DNA of 64,000 nucleotides from Schmidtea polychroa (taxonomy: Eukaryota): NCBI GenBank assembly GCA_044892525.1, contig CM097885.1:6016001-6080000 (forward strand). The letters are read 5' to 3'. How positions within the stretch are numbered: the stretch's first letter is position 1; each line of letters opens with the position of its first letter. The notes under the pieces were generated by a model, which was not told where the DNA came from, made no database searches, and worked only from the letters and a program-made list of their open reading frames with translations. The position numbers and the translations under genes are program-made. Positions 1 to 14,108 of this stretch are shown piece by piece.

Positions 1-675
1 TTATGGACAGCACCCAATTAATATTATGAGAGGAGGTTGGTAAGTCAGTCAGTCCTGGCCCGAGATTGAATAAGTCTTAGGAAATTTTGACTGTTTCACT
101 GATCTATTCGAGAGTCACTTTAAATGACAGATTTTGCTAAGGGTCTTGGCGTAGGTGTAGTGAGCCGTTACACGGCCTTAACAATATCTATATACCTATT
201 ATACTATATTATATTATATTATACGATATTATATTATATATATAAATGCGCGGTCACCAGCGACTAAGGACCAAACAGAACACAATAACAGTCAATCAAA
301 ATTCGTGCGATCAGCTAATACTTCTACTTATCAATCAGGCTCTATTAATCAATCTCAGAAGAGTAAAGCAAATTCGATGCCATGTTATCATTATCAAGAT
401 AAACTGTATTCGGCTCCCAATAGTTTTAGTGTTGGCTCTCATAGACCAACACCCTCATCCATTACAATTCGCGAAATACGGAACAAATCCTAACAATAAT
501 ATAAAAACCTAAATTTGTTTATTTTGCATTTATTTATTAGTAATTGACTACTTGAAATTCTTACGCGAAATTTATAAAATCGTTAAGCTTTTTAAATTAT
601 ATATTTTTAAAAATCTGTTTATTTTTTATCGAATGATATAATTTTGTATTTTTTTGTAATTTTGTTTACTTATAT

Positions 676-1132
676 CAGTGCTCTTCAACCTTTCGCAGTC
701 GTCGGAACCCTTCCAAAAACTTTCGCAGTCGTCGGAACCCTTCCAATAAAAATTTCCCCATGTATATGTGGGCATGTATATATGTATTCAATTGGGGTTG
801 TCGATGTGGTAATTTATAAAAAAATAATGCACTTTATAATATAAAATTATTTTATTTAAATAATTAATGGCAAAAATATAAAGTTTAACATAAAAAAAAT
901 AGAAATTTGATATTAAATGGTACTCAATGACTAGGTTGAGCCTGTTTTTTGCTACAAATTACATTGAAATCTGGTACAATTCTTGTAATTTTCAATGTAT
1001 AAAATATAAATTATTATATGTTTATTTATATTGAAAACTTTTTTTATAAGAAATCATAAAATTTGTTCGCGGAACCCATAATTTTTTATACGGAACCCAA
1101 GGGTTCCGCGGAACCCAGGTTGAAGAACACTG
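676..1132 (-). mobile_element. Non-autonomous hAT (Buster-type) element, 457 bp
   Basis: TIRs CAGTGCTCTTCAACC / GGTTGAAGAACACTG. Perfect 8-bp TSD ACTTATAT (668-675, 1133-1140). The minus strand retains a transposase 3' end (KITRIVPDFNVICSKKQAQPSH*, ~924-992). There is a ~27-bp subterminal tandem duplication at 690-746. Confidence 0.92.
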
Positions 1133-2566
1133 ACTTATATGTATAAATTTTGTAAAAGAAAAAAAAAAAAAAGATTTCCTGGCTTGTTTATATATTCCAA
1201 AAAAAAATTAACTTTTTCCATCAAATTTCTAATTTGTGTATAAAAATTGAACTGTCTTTAAATATATTGAAATTTGTGATATTAATTGCGTTGGAGAATT
1301 CACTATTATATTTGTGTGATATGCAAGAAAAGTTTGCGGATTCAATGACATATTTTAATGAAAGTGTTCCTGTTTCTAATCGAATGTCAAAAGCCGCTAA
1401 ATTACCGGGTACCACAGTAGGTTTTAGACGTTTGTTCTATTCGATGATCCTTTGCTGATTAGAGGTTTACTGAATTCGCTCGTAAATTCAATATCTGCTG
1501 TTAGATTATTAGATGATAGAATAAGATCGAGTTTATTGTCAATATTTTGTTCAAAGGAATCTGAGATAATGTAGGAATTTAAAAATGCGGATAATTATTT
1601 TTGATTGAACTCATTATATTTATTTATCTCATTACTTTGCTTTTAAGCAACCCAACATTAAAAATGAATTGTGAAAAAAATACGGTGAATTTAATAATAG
1701 AATTTATTTGAATCATAAGTTAGGAATTTATCAGCAATCTAAACATTTGGATCATTTGACTGACTTTGTGATCATCAAAATATGCTTACTGTCTTTAAAT
1801 AGATTCATAGAGCATTAACCACAGTAGCTTCCCACTATTTTTGGAAACCCAGCACTGGTGAGTTACAGCCTGTAACTGACAAGTAGACTACATTTTACCT
1901 TTTCGAGATGGTTCCAGCGTAACCCAGAATACAATGATTCTGTACTACTAGATACCCGTTGAGTGATCAACGTTCGAATTGCATCTAGTGGGTGAGTATC
2001 AGAGAAAAGTGAGCGTACATTAGTACACTATAATCGGTAAGTACTCAAACGGGTTCGTGGAGTTCGATTAAGTCCTTTTTTCGAAAATATTTTCAATTAT
2101 CATTCGGTTCTTACTACCCTATCATTTATCAATGAACGAAAATAAATGTTTAATACAATTCTATATTTATCCCAATGAAATCAAAAGGATGTCTGTTCCT
2201 TGACCGCGATGAATTTCTTACATACTTTGATCCGTGCTCGTTCGGATTTTCCGGGCCGTTTTTTTCCTCTCAGACGCTGGTCGATTTCGTTAATTCTAAT
2301 TCACTCGACTGGATTTGTCTAATTAGCTCTGCGTTTCCAGCTGTCGCACTTGGAGCCGGAGCACTTTCAGCTCAATCTGATCTTGTGCACTCTGGAGTTG
2401 TAATTTTCGGATTAATATTAATCGTCTCTGCATCTCTGTGGGACCTAAACTAAGTGCTCTTGACCTCCCTGCATGACGCTTGAATTTGATTACTGTATTC
2501 CCGCTACTTATTTCAATGCGGTTTTCTTGTCGTCCCTTTTCCTTAATGAAATCACTAAATAAGTTT

Positions 2567-3581
2567 TGTTGGGTTATTGAGTTGGTGATAAAATTTAATG
2601 TTACTCTGACTCCAAGCGTGTCTTTATATAATTCACAAATAACACTTGACAATAGAAATCTTTATTGATAATCACAATAAACTTTCACTTGACACTGACA
2701 ATAAATTCAACACTCTGTTGGGTGACTATACAGTGCTTATTGCAACACTCGGTGAGGAATAGCACTTGTGTATAACACCGGATTAAAAGATCACAAATTA
2801 CTGATTGGTTTCTAAACTGTGATTTTGAGGTGGTTGTTTTCTTTGACTTTCTTTCAAACTTTATTCAAATAATCAATAACTTCTTTTCGTTTTATTATTC
2901 AACTAATTTTTTTCTTCAACTTTTCTCCAAATATTTTCCACAATTATTTCTTTTACAATTATCTTGACAATCGTTTGTCCAACAACGTTTCGTCCAACGT
3001 CTGATTTTCTCCAATAATTATTTTCTCAAATCGTATCTCAATTCGTCTTCCAAATCGTCTCTCAAATCGTCTCTAATTTTCCCTCTAAATTCGTCGTCTC
3101 TTTTGTTTCCCCTTTTTGTTCTAATTTCATGTTCACCAGTTTTCCCTTATATAGTTTGCTTCTCTTGTGGCACTCCAGATAATCGAGTGTTTTTCCACTT
3201 TCCATCTCCTGCTTTTCCCGACTGTCCCATTTTTATCTCTGACAGCTGTCAAGTTGTTTTTCCCTTTTTCCTTTCTTGTTTGGCCGCCTTTTCCCATCAA
3301 TTCTATTATCACTCGCAAGCTGTCGAGATAAGGATATTGTTGTTTTCCTTTTTCCCTGATTTCAAAATTCCTTTTTCCTTTTTGTACTAACCTTTAGTAC
3401 TGACCTTGATTTTATTTTTCTGTTTGATAACTTTTATTTCCTTTCTCTTTCTCATTTTTGATTTCTTTTCACTTCCGTTTTCTTTTCTGAGTCTTTATAG
3501 ATCGTCCCGTTTGTCATGGCGATCTTCCCCCAGGTAATTTTATTTATTTCTTCATGAATTATTATTTAGGTATCCTCAACA
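2567..3581 (-). mobile_element. Solo-LTR-like element (probably Gypsy), 1015 bp
   Basis: On the minus strand it reads TGTTGAGG...AACCCAACA. 4-bp TSD GTTT (2563-2566, 3582-3585). Carries the shared motif ACACGCTTGGAGTCAGAGTAAC near its 3' end. No convincing ORF. Confidence 0.75.
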
Positions 3582-4981
3582 GTTTAAATAAGTGCTGGTT
3601 CTACTATAAAGTCTACTATCAAGTTTTATTAAATATTATACGGCTTTCGCAATCACCAAATCAAAAATTAAATACAACATTTTATTAGATATGATACAAA
3701 CACCATGGCCTATTATAACATGTTATTCTTGAAAATAGTGTGCCTTTCTCATTTTTCGTGGGTGACCTCGCTTCCTCGGCAGCTCCTCGTATCGCCACGC
3801 GACTGTTGGCAAACCTTAACCTTAATAAATTGATAATAATCACAGGAATAACAAGTGCAATATAACCAGCTTTTCCATTTTGTAAATCAACTCAGGGCAA
3901 CTTTACTAATCATAATAATAGCAAGTAATAAAGGTTTAAACGAATATAATAAGTAACATAAGAACTTTAAGGTCTTATTATACATTTTAGTTACATTGAA
4001 AATGACTAAATGAGTTAGTTTCTATTTGTATTTGAACCACAAATCTTTACTACGGTTAAATAGGTGGGATGGATTAAGGTTTAGATCTAAACTTTTCCTG
4101 CTTCCACTGTGAGGTATTAAATTTTTTTGGCAAGGATCCCACTTTAAATTAGGTTGTAGATCTACAATATCGTCTTACTGATAATTTTAGAAATGGTAAT
4201 TACTATAATTTTATTAGTTTTAGAATAGAGAACCATTGTACTTTGTGTGAGTTTAAGTAATTTGAGGTTTATCTGTTCGTTTCCCTCAGCACACTGGGCG
4301 TTTGAGAACTCTTGGTGTCCTATTTATAAGTGTAGACTTTACATATGTAGTCAGAGTGCATTATAAAAGTGATTAATTAAGAAAAGTTGCTCGTTGCACC
4401 GGGCCACTGGACTCAGTATGGCAAACCCTTAATGTTGTGTGGAGACCTCAGCTACATCCGAACCAAAAATCTGTTGTAGCCGTGTTCTATTATTTATTAT
4501 AATTAAGCCAAACATAAACAATGTTTATCAGGTTCATTATCTATGTCGACCACACGAAGTGCCTGCTATATAGATCGCTAGAATTATTCCGTATACACGG
4601 TGCAGTATAGTCGGTACTTCGGGTAAGATAATTATTTTAATATCTTGTATATGTAGTGGGCTGTGCGCCAAAAAACGAATAAGCAATAAAAATATTTGTG
4701 AACGATCTCTTGTTTGAAAAAGTCAAAACAACACGAAAATGATGTCTAATAATATATTTCGTATGAAATCACATAATAAAAATCAACAAAAAAGCCCGCT
4801 TACTCTAGTTTCTACTCACAAAATTGGCATAAAAATCATAAGAAAATGATTTGTGATCAAAATGCATCGGTATATATTTCATAATTTTGGTGAGCAAATA
4901 TATATGCGTGCGTTGATTCAGTAAAATAATTTTGAATTATTTTAATTCTAGCTAATTTTAAATTTAAATTTTTATCAATTT

Positions 4982-6685
4982 TGTTGGCGATTTTTGGTAA
5001 ATTATGATTACTTTTATTTTCCAATTTGTATATTTTATTTTTTAATTAAATTTGTCCTCATGATGGATAATGGCGTTTTCCGGAATATCCTATGTTTTTT
5101 TAGGTATTTTAATATATCATTTTTATTTTCTGGTAATTTGTGTTATTTCTTTTAACTTTTTATTAATTTTAATTCCTAAAAGTTTTATTTTAAAGTTATT
5201 TGGCGGCCATTATGAATTTTGCCATTTTTATGAATTGTTCTGATTTCTCATTTAATTTTGTTGTAAATTTTATTTCTAATTTTCTTTTTGATGTTATTTT
5301 ATGGAAATATTTCTGATTTCCGTTCCTTTTGTCTTTATCGTCGTTAATTCAAATTTGTTTACTGCGGTTATGTTGTTCATGCGGTTCATGCTGTGTTTGA
5401 GTGAATTTTGTGTAATACTTCTAGCTTTTGTTTGATTTTTTTTTTAATTTTGGGTTTATTACTTTGGTGTGGAAATACGAGAAACTGGATTTTAAAAAAT
5501 ACACATATATCTCGACAGCTGTTAGAGATTACGAAATGCCAATGGAAAAATTAAAAAGAAGAATAAAGTATCAACAAGTGTTATAAAATGGAAAAGTATA
5601 AAAACCGAAAACAAATTAACAGTAAAAGAAAAAAATTGTTAGAAAGAAATTTGTGGGTAATTTGAATTTACCAAGAGAGTAAAGTAAAGTGTTGAGAATC
5701 CGGAAACAGTTGGGAAAAAACTTGCGTATTGAATTAGTGAATTAGAGGTTGTTGAGACACTCGAGTCAAGTTAAAAGAAACCAGATAAATTTTGCGAATT
5801 GCCTATTACCGGCAGCAATCAGTTGGTTGTTTTCTTAGAGGGTTGTTATTGTTGTGCAATTCTTCCCGGGTAGTTGTAATAAGCATTTGAAACATTTGAG
5901 ATGTGTTGAAAATTGGTATTGTTGAATTCGTTATTTTGATTTGATTGTCAATGTGTACCCGAAAAACTTGATGAGAATGGATATCTTGTAGCGGAAGGAC
6001 CTGCAGAAAATTTTATTAATAAAAAATTGCTGCTAAAAAGTAAAGAAAAATGAATTTAACGAAAGCGTTAAATTTAAAATAATAGGGAAGTGATAAATAG
6101 CGAGAGTAAAGATGGAAGAAATAGAAATGAAGTTGAGGAAATAATTAATGAAAAAGTGGTAAAAACTGAAGTTAAAAGTAAGTCGTACGTGGTAGAAAGG
6201 GCATTTGATGAGGATAAGATAAAGACAGGATGATATATGAATTTATATAAAGTGAAGTGTGAAATAACAAAGAGGTTCCAAGGAGTAAGGGATTTGAAAC
6301 TGGATTGTAAAAAATACATATATCTCGACAGCTGTCAGAGATTGTGGAATCAGAGGTAGTCATTCAGAGGTAATTGAAAAACTCAAGTCAAATTAAAAGA
6401 AACTAGATCAATTTTGTGAATTGTCCATTACCAGAAGCAATCAAGCAGTCGTGTCCTTAGAGAATTGTTATTGCTGTGCTATTTTTCCCGGATAGTTGTA
6501 ATAGGCATTTGAAGTATTTGAGGTGTGTTGAAAATCGGTATCGTTGAATTCGTTGAAATCAATTGTGATAATCAATAAAGTTGTACGTCGTTGAGATTTG
6601 TCAATGTCGTTATTGAATAACACGCTCGGAGTCAGATAAGTAATTGGCAGTTAACCATCACTGACCAACTACAATATACTTAACA
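4982..6685 (+). mobile_element. Solo-LTR-like element, 1704 bp, with internal duplication
   Basis: TGTTGGCG...CTTAACA ends and a 4-bp TSD ATTT (4978-4981, 6686-6689). ACACGCTCGGAGTCAGA motif at 6620. Internal direct duplication ~5483-5933 vs ~6298-6553. Confidence 0.65.
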
Positions 6686-6829
6686 ATTTTGAACAATTGT
6701 GTAAAACTCTTAACTGTTGCTTGTGATAAACCAGAGATATGACCTAGCTTTTTGAAATATCGATCGCCACGGGAATGTAAATTTCGGTTCATGATAAAAC
6801 CCAACAATTAAAGATTACCAATGAAAGAA

Positions 6830-7012
6830 TAGGTAATGGTCGAAAATCTATAGTAAAACTTCTAATGCTAAATTAGAAATTCACAAGCTTCGAAGCTATG
6901 GAGAGAAGGACCTACCTTTACCTCAATACTTAACAAATTGAGACATAATCAAAATAATCTAACAGAAGATACCAACTGGATATTTCAAGTGACCATAATC
7001 CTAACAACGACT
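6830..7012 (+). pseudogene. Degenerate non-LTR retrotransposon APE endonuclease fragment
   Basis: Fragmentary motifs GNGRK, EGPTF and QLDISSDHNP; SDH is the C-terminal APE motif. Frameshifted. Confidence 0.4.
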
Positions 7013-7534
7013 TGGAAAACAGACAATAACAGTAATTTTATGATAGATCAATCAGCAATCAACTTCCAAAAGTTTCCGTTTGCTTTTACTCATTTACAAA
7101 CATAATTTGAATATTATTTGATTTTTGGAAGACAATGATGGAAGTTGAAAAGTATTATCTTTTAAGGAATTACATTTGGTTTAATATGGGCGAGGTGGGA
7201 TTTTTTATTTATTATACTTTTTCTTATCTATATTTTTATTTGAATCCCAATATTTGTATTTCATTTAATAATAACAAATACTTGGAAATTTCATATTTTA
7301 ATTCATTTCTTTTCTCTTTTCTATTGAATAATATTTATTAAAAATGTAAAGCTTTGAAAATTTTTAAAAAGGTTAATTAATTAATCTTTCAAGGAGCAAG
7401 CAAAATAATCTTCAAATACAATGTTATTCTTTTAAGGCTAACTTTCAAATTTAATCTAGTTATTCTAAGATCAATTTGTATCAATTTGCTAATATATTGT
7501 TGTTTTAATAAACTTTTTATTTCAATTTTATAAA

Positions 7535-8077
7535 ATGTCTAACGAAAGATCTAATGAATTTTATCTACGTTATTATGTCGGCCACACAGGAAAATTTGGC
7601 CATGAATTTTTAGAATTCGAATTTCGTCCAAATGGTTAGATTTATTTTTAAATATCAATTATTACTTCCAATTCATCAGGTAAATTAAGATATGCTAATA
7701 ACTCGAATTATAAAAATGATACCATGATTCGAAAAGAAGTATTATTATTTTTGTCAAAATCAAATCATTATACGTTTAATTAGGTTTATGTAAATACTGC
7801 TGTTTTGAAGGAACTTAAGAAAATTGTAGAAAGTAGTGATATAATGAAAGAGGACGATAAGCTATGGCCATTGCCTGATCGAGTTGGTCGTCAAGAATTA
7901 GAAATTGTAAATGGTGACGTCCATATATCTTTTACCACTTCTAAAATTGGATCACTGTTAGACATAAATCAGAGTAAAGATCCAAATGGTTTAACAATTT
8001 TTTATTATTTGGTCCAAGATTTAAAGTGTTTGGTCTTTTCATTGATTAGTCTTCATTTTAAGATTAAACCAATCTAA
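7535..8077 (+). CDS. mago (MAGOH): Mago nashi, exon junction complex core subunit (150 aa, 3 exons)
   Basis: Exons 7535-7634, 7680-7738 and 7784-8077, separated by two 45-nt GT-AG introns. Spliced protein [57 protein letters not shown]...[19 protein letters not shown] is unmistakably Mago. Confidence 0.98.
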
Positions 8078-10845
8078 TGTTGAATTTAAAATATAATTCT
8101 TCGTATTATTTTTTGAACAAATGTTTTTTTAGATTTTTGTGTAGCTATCAATTAATTGGAATGCTTTTGAATTATTTGTTTCTGTTGGTTTTTTATATGT
8201 TTGGAGGTGTTACAAATTTTTTATTGTGATATCAATGGAAATTGTCTGCAATGAAATTAACTTAAAAAGTGTAGTAAATATCTTTTGTAATCTATAAAAG
8301 GATTTGCATTCATTCGCACGAGTTCTATGGCAATTTATGAATTCTGGTGATGTAAAAATCCTTCTGAAATGTGATTTAATTGTTAATTTTTTAGTATATC
8401 CAAAAATTGGGAAATTGTCAAAATTTAAGGAAAATGTGGATATTGATTATTTCAGGATCTCGCGTTCACAATATAATCAGAAGTCTACGTTAATATAGAA
8501 ACGCAGTTATAAAACGTAAGCAAATGGACAGTTTAGAATGCAATATCTGGTTGTTATTATTGAATACGTGATTTTTAGAAGTGTTCTCGATCACTTACTA
8601 TAACCTTTGTTTATGCACTTATAATTATTATTCTGAAACGATATCAGAAAACTTGGAACTAGTCATTCCATTCATTAATAGGATGTTGCTAGGTTCTTTC
8701 ACTCGTCTCTAATTTAATCCAACGACTTTTTAAATTATTTTCGATTGAAATTGGGAGGTGGATTTAAAATAGTTAAGAAGCTTGTTGATCGTTGCCCTTT
8801 TTGAAAAGGCCTCTGCTAAGGGTAAATCCCAGATAAAATCTCAAAAATATTGATCGACACAATTTGGGAATCAAGTGACAGATAATCAGATCTTATAATA
8901 GGTTTCAGAGGGGCTATTGGAATATTCTATTCCTAAAAAGAGCTTAGATTGGTATTCGCATTAAAGTTGGCAAAAGGTAGGAACTCATCAGCGCTAGTTG
9001 AGGTAAGAAAAGAAATCAAGGCCCAACCAATTAATTAAAAATCTTACAACTCTAGATAATGTATTTTGTCAATATAGTGGAAGAGATTATATCGATATTT
9101 ATAGATCCACGAGACAAAAAACTTACGAGAAATAATTAATTTTGAAGGTGAAAATAGAAAATTAAGCACAAATAGAAATAAATTAGGAGATGAAAAGAAA
9201 CCAAACGACCAAGAAAAACTGATTTTTGACCCAAATTGAAAGACTTTCGGCCGAAATGCTTTAAATATAAAATGCAAACATAGCCATAGGTAGATTTAAA
9301 TTCAAACACAAGAGAAAACATTAATTAAACATTGTAAAATAACACCAAAATCGAGAAACATAAAAATACATTTAGCACGTTCACGCCGGCGCAGTTTATG
9401 CTATTGAACAAAAGTTATTTTTAGAATACGTTATTAATTATAATTCTAATTATAAATAAATGTTTTCGATGAATATACGTTAAATTTTCTAATAAAATGT
9501 CTAATAACACAATCAAATACGTCTCACCGACGATCCGCGCCGACATGAACGTGTTAATAAATAATAAATACATTAAGTATAGCACGCAATAAACATAAAT
9601 AAATGACACGATTTTGAAAATAAAACGAAAAGTGACAACAAAATAAATCTTAGTGATGAATTTGAAAAAACTTACTGAGCTATTAACAGTCATTGTAGAA
9701 GATCTGGTGAAAAATATTTTTAAATGAGAAATAATGGGAATTCCTACTTAAACCTTTTGAAAGTATTCAATTTGAATAACATCAAATAATGAGGACCATA
9801 ATTAAATGAACAAGAAGTAACAATGATCCAAGGTACATAGAGCGAGAAATATGCGATGGCACTATCCGGAGCATGAACATCGAGATACTTCATCTTTCGG
9901 GCGAGGCGTTTAAACCTGATCTTGCCCAATGCCAAACGAAAGATATAATTGGTTCAGAGTGCGCCCAAATAAGACGAGTTGAAGAGTCGACCCTGAGTGG
10001 AATGCTCGGAGATGACAATATGCTGTCGGTCAATTCTGTATATTGATCGTGTATTTTATATTAGTTATGTGATCCCATTTTTGTATAAATATAATTAACT
10101 TGTCTCTAGTGTATTCCGATTTGGTGTAAATATATATTATTAGTGTTACTAATTATTTGTAGGCAATGAACATGATTGAATGTAAAGGAAAGTGGGACCT
10201 ATGAACAACACGGAATAAAAGGCACATAACGATTATTATAAAATTAAGTAATTCATAAAAAATGTATCGTTTATCAATTTCATTATTTAAATTAATCGAG
10301 AATTTCCGAACAAACCTAAACGCAGCGCTACAACAAGTTGAGGTCCACAGATAACTGGCGAATTGACTAATTGACAATTGCCGGACTATGTATGTCACTT
10401 GGTTCCAGCCAGAGCCCATGAAAAAGTCAAATCAACTAACCATTAAATAACAAACGGAAGTCACTCAGGCTTAAATTCGAAGCTCAAAATCACCATATCT
10501 GTCACAACTCAAATCCAATTTGGAATTCTTACCAGCGAAAAGTCCGAATCAGCGCGTAGTCCAACCAAGAACCCAGCTGGTAGATCACGAGGAATGATGT
10601 AAGCCGGGAAAAAAGATCGCGTTCGACGACGAATTTGGCAATTAGTCTTAATTCAGTGTAAATATGTACCCCGTTATATATAATTGGAAAATGAAAGTAA
10701 TAGATTGGATTTTCTTTTGTTCACTATGATTTCATTAATAAGTTTTGATATATTTTTCGTTAACATTTATTCGAAAAACGGGACCAGAATCAAAGATGAA
10801 TATGAAGCTTTCTACCGACAGTCCGTGGTCTCTAGTGAATACTTG

Positions 10846-11583
10846 CTGATTATAATGCATTGGAATGCGCTCAATTTTTGCAAGTAACCCCTTTGCGATA
10901 CACTACCAGCGTTGAGTATTCAATGGCTATCGTGTTGCAATATCAATTGTATCCTGGGTGGCATTGAGAATAGTATTAAAGGGTAAAATCTTGATTACCT
11001 GCAACCCTAGTGTTGAGAAATAATCAGAAAATAACCAGGCTGTATATCTATACTATAAATTCTATAACAATAACACAACGCGGGAGAAAGGTAAAAAATT
11101 TCAATAAAAGATAAAAAAAACAGTGTAAAGCCAAGGAAAAATAAATTAGAATAAAATAGTATGAGAGGAAATAAAATGAAAAATAAAACATCATGAAATA
11201 AAATGATTAGTGAATTAAAAAAATGAAAATGAAACATGAAAAACACACAATAAAGCAAAAACATTAACCATATCAAATAATGTAAAATCAAAAACAAAAC
11301 CAGAACAATGCTGATAAAATGGCAAATTTGAGATGAAAATCAACAGGGTAACAAGACAAATAAATTGGTGATCAAAACAAAAATCTTAAAGAAAAAACAA
11401 ACAAATTAGAGAAAATGAAAATCCTAAAAAGTCATAAGGAAATGCTGAAAAGGACTAACGGAAGGAGAATCAAGCAAAGAACAATTAATGAGAAAGAGAA
11501 GCAATTTATACCCAAGGGAGCCAAGAATCTTTTGGAATTATTCGAATATTACCGATTTCATTCCTTACCGGTGCTCTGTCGAG
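10846..11583 (+). repeat. Dispersed repeat copy 1, ~738 bp; near-identical inverted copy at 23347-24081
   Basis: Reverse complement matches along the whole length with few substitutions. Contains an LTR-like start TGTTGAGA at 11011. Confidence 0.93.
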
Positions 11584-12485
11584 TTCGCTTCAACTTTCTT
11601 AGCCCGGTACCAGTACTCTCCGGGTATTCCTCATCGTTCGGGTTTCCTGTTGACTCGGGGTTTCCATTAGAGATTAATTAATTTTTTAATTAGTTTGTTA
11701 TTTTATTATAACTTTTTTCCGAGGGTCTCCTCACTAAATTTATATTATTGTTTTTAGATTCGTCTCATGATTTAGTGTTCAACCATACCCGATCGATTTC
11801 CCGATCGATATTAATTTTTACATTTTATAAATTTTTAATTAATTTTTGCAATTTTGTTATTTTGGTGTTTTTTTGTATTTTTCCGTTTTATTTTGTGTCT
11901 TTATATATTACCCCAACAATATATAAAATAATCTTTAAGCACTCACTAAAATATAGTATTCGACGTGGATCTTAAACATTTTAGAAATCAGAATGGTATT
12001 ATGTTTTAGAAAATAAATTGAAAAAGCCCACATTGGAAAGATCAGTGATTAATTTTGATTAGAATATAGTAGATGGAGCAAAACGGGAAGAACTATGTGA
12101 CCAAGTTTCGATGAATAATTAGGAAAAACAGAGGCCTAGAACTATGAACGATGAATAAAATGATTATGCTGAGACAGATTTAGAATTTCGGCTGAAGTTG
12201 CGAAGTGCTATTAGAACATAAAAATTGGGTTTGACTGAACACAATTATAAATCTCATCAAAATAGGTAAATTAACTACCAATAATTTCAATCACATTTAT
12301 GTATCTTATATAGTATGTCAGTTTATTAGCTGTTCATACAAGATGTGTTAATACTAAGATAAAATCTAAAACAGTGCTTAATTGAATCGTAACCAATAAC
12401 AAAAACTAAATAAATCCTATCAACCTATCGAAACACATCCTCTTCCATCTCGGTGCGTACATAATATATGAATAGCCATTAGATT

Positions 12486-13390
12486 TGTTGAGGTTTTGAA
12501 AGTAAATTATTAAATTATATAGTTCAGATTAAAAGGAAAACCGAAATTGAATGGCGGTCAAGCAGAGAAGCAATGGCAAAGAAAGATATGATAAAAATAG
12601 AACTGTAAATGAAATGGAAAAATGCGTAAACCTGAGGAAGTGGAATAAAGTGAAAAGTTATCGAAATTGAAGCTGGAAAACGGGAAAAACGGGGAAAACT
12701 AGGGGATGGTGAAAAAGACAGTGAACAAGAAATTGTTAGAAAGTGTTTAGAAAGGGTCGTAAAACAAGCAAATAAAAAACACAAAATATTAATTAATTAA
12801 TTAATTGGCTAATGGGAAACCTGAGCGCGGCAATTTGGGAAGATAAACAAATGGGGAAGTCAGAGAACAATTATCCAAACAGCCGGATAAACGAGGATAA
12901 ACAAAAGAAGGGGAATTAGGAAGAGGGTCAACAGAAATAGCTGATTAGGGAATGATAACTAAGGAAGTCAAAACCAATTAGGTCAAAAATAGGGCAATTA
13001 CAACGATTATGGGAGTCTATAAGGAAACTCCAAATTCACATAATTGGCAATAGCCTTAGGTAGGGAAGAAGAAACCGACATTAAGAGTTAGAGGAATAGA
13101 ATAAAAGTAGAAAAGAATTATAGCAAAAACTGAAGAGTTAAACAAGGAGCGTCAAAAGAGTTTGGATCAAAAGGTGAAAATTAATTTTTTAATCGTACGA
13201 GGTTGAGACCTTCCAGAGCGGAGTCCGATCTGAAATTGTGTGAGAATTGTAGTTGACCAACTGTGTAATTAATTGTGAGAGTCGGAAATTTTTATAAAAC
13301 AAATATACGTTGGGAGTTTGTGTTTATTGATTTTGGAACACGTGGAGTCAGAGTAACCAACGGTTGATTTTGATATCATAAAACCCAACA
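12486..13390 (+). mobile_element. Solo-LTR-like element, 905 bp
   Basis: TGTTGAGGTTTT...AAAACCCAACA ends and a 4-bp TSD GATT (12482-12485, 13391-13394). Motif ACACGTGGAGTCAGAGTAAC at 13338-13357. Confidence 0.78.
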
Positions 13391-14108
13391 GATTACATTC
13401 TAAAAGTATATTGAATAACAAATATTTACAATTGAAAAATTTAAACTACAAAAGTAATCACCAAATATTTGGTCTATTCTGGATCGCTTATGGCTTCATG
13501 GTATGTCAGTACAAGTCATAATCTTCAAGGACCATTCGATTATAATTTTTCGTACAACCAATAATCGTGTCTAAATTTTTTATGATATTTTACTGCTAAG
13601 AATTTTAACCCTTGACTTTCCGAATGCGTTATACATTTCTACTGGTGATGGGGTAAATCCACAAGTGACTGAGCAATCTCAAATAGTACAAAAATTAAGT
13701 AAAAAATATTTTAAAAATAAAGAAAAATTTTACAAGAATTAAATTGTAAAAATTATTACGAATTTATAATAGACAAACATTAATATTGAAACTAAAAATT
13801 TATTAATCTGAACTATTTGAGGGACTTCAACCATTATGAGAATTACCCCTATAAAATGGAAAGCAACCCAAAATTTACTCACTTCTTTATCATTATTTTA
13901 CCATATTTTTATTTTTCCAAAAATATTACTTTATTCAATATTTCAGCAATCTTTTTTACCCTCAAAATTGTTTGAAATAAAGTTATTATAAAAAAGTACC
14001 TCAGCGGCGCGTTTCTATATATCGAAAGTTTGCATGCGATTTTTAATATGTGTTGTGTCTGTGTGAAGTATTTAATTTTTCTACCACTTCGATTTCTATA
14101 GTATAAAG

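Noticed and set aside
8450..8800. Possible Gypsy integrase remnant on the minus strand (VIVSDREHF)
   Set aside because: A single weak motif is insufficient.
10886..10984. pre-miRNA-like hairpin in the duplicated segment
   Set aside because: The stem is imperfect with a 4-nt loop; it cannot be supported without folding and small-RNA data.
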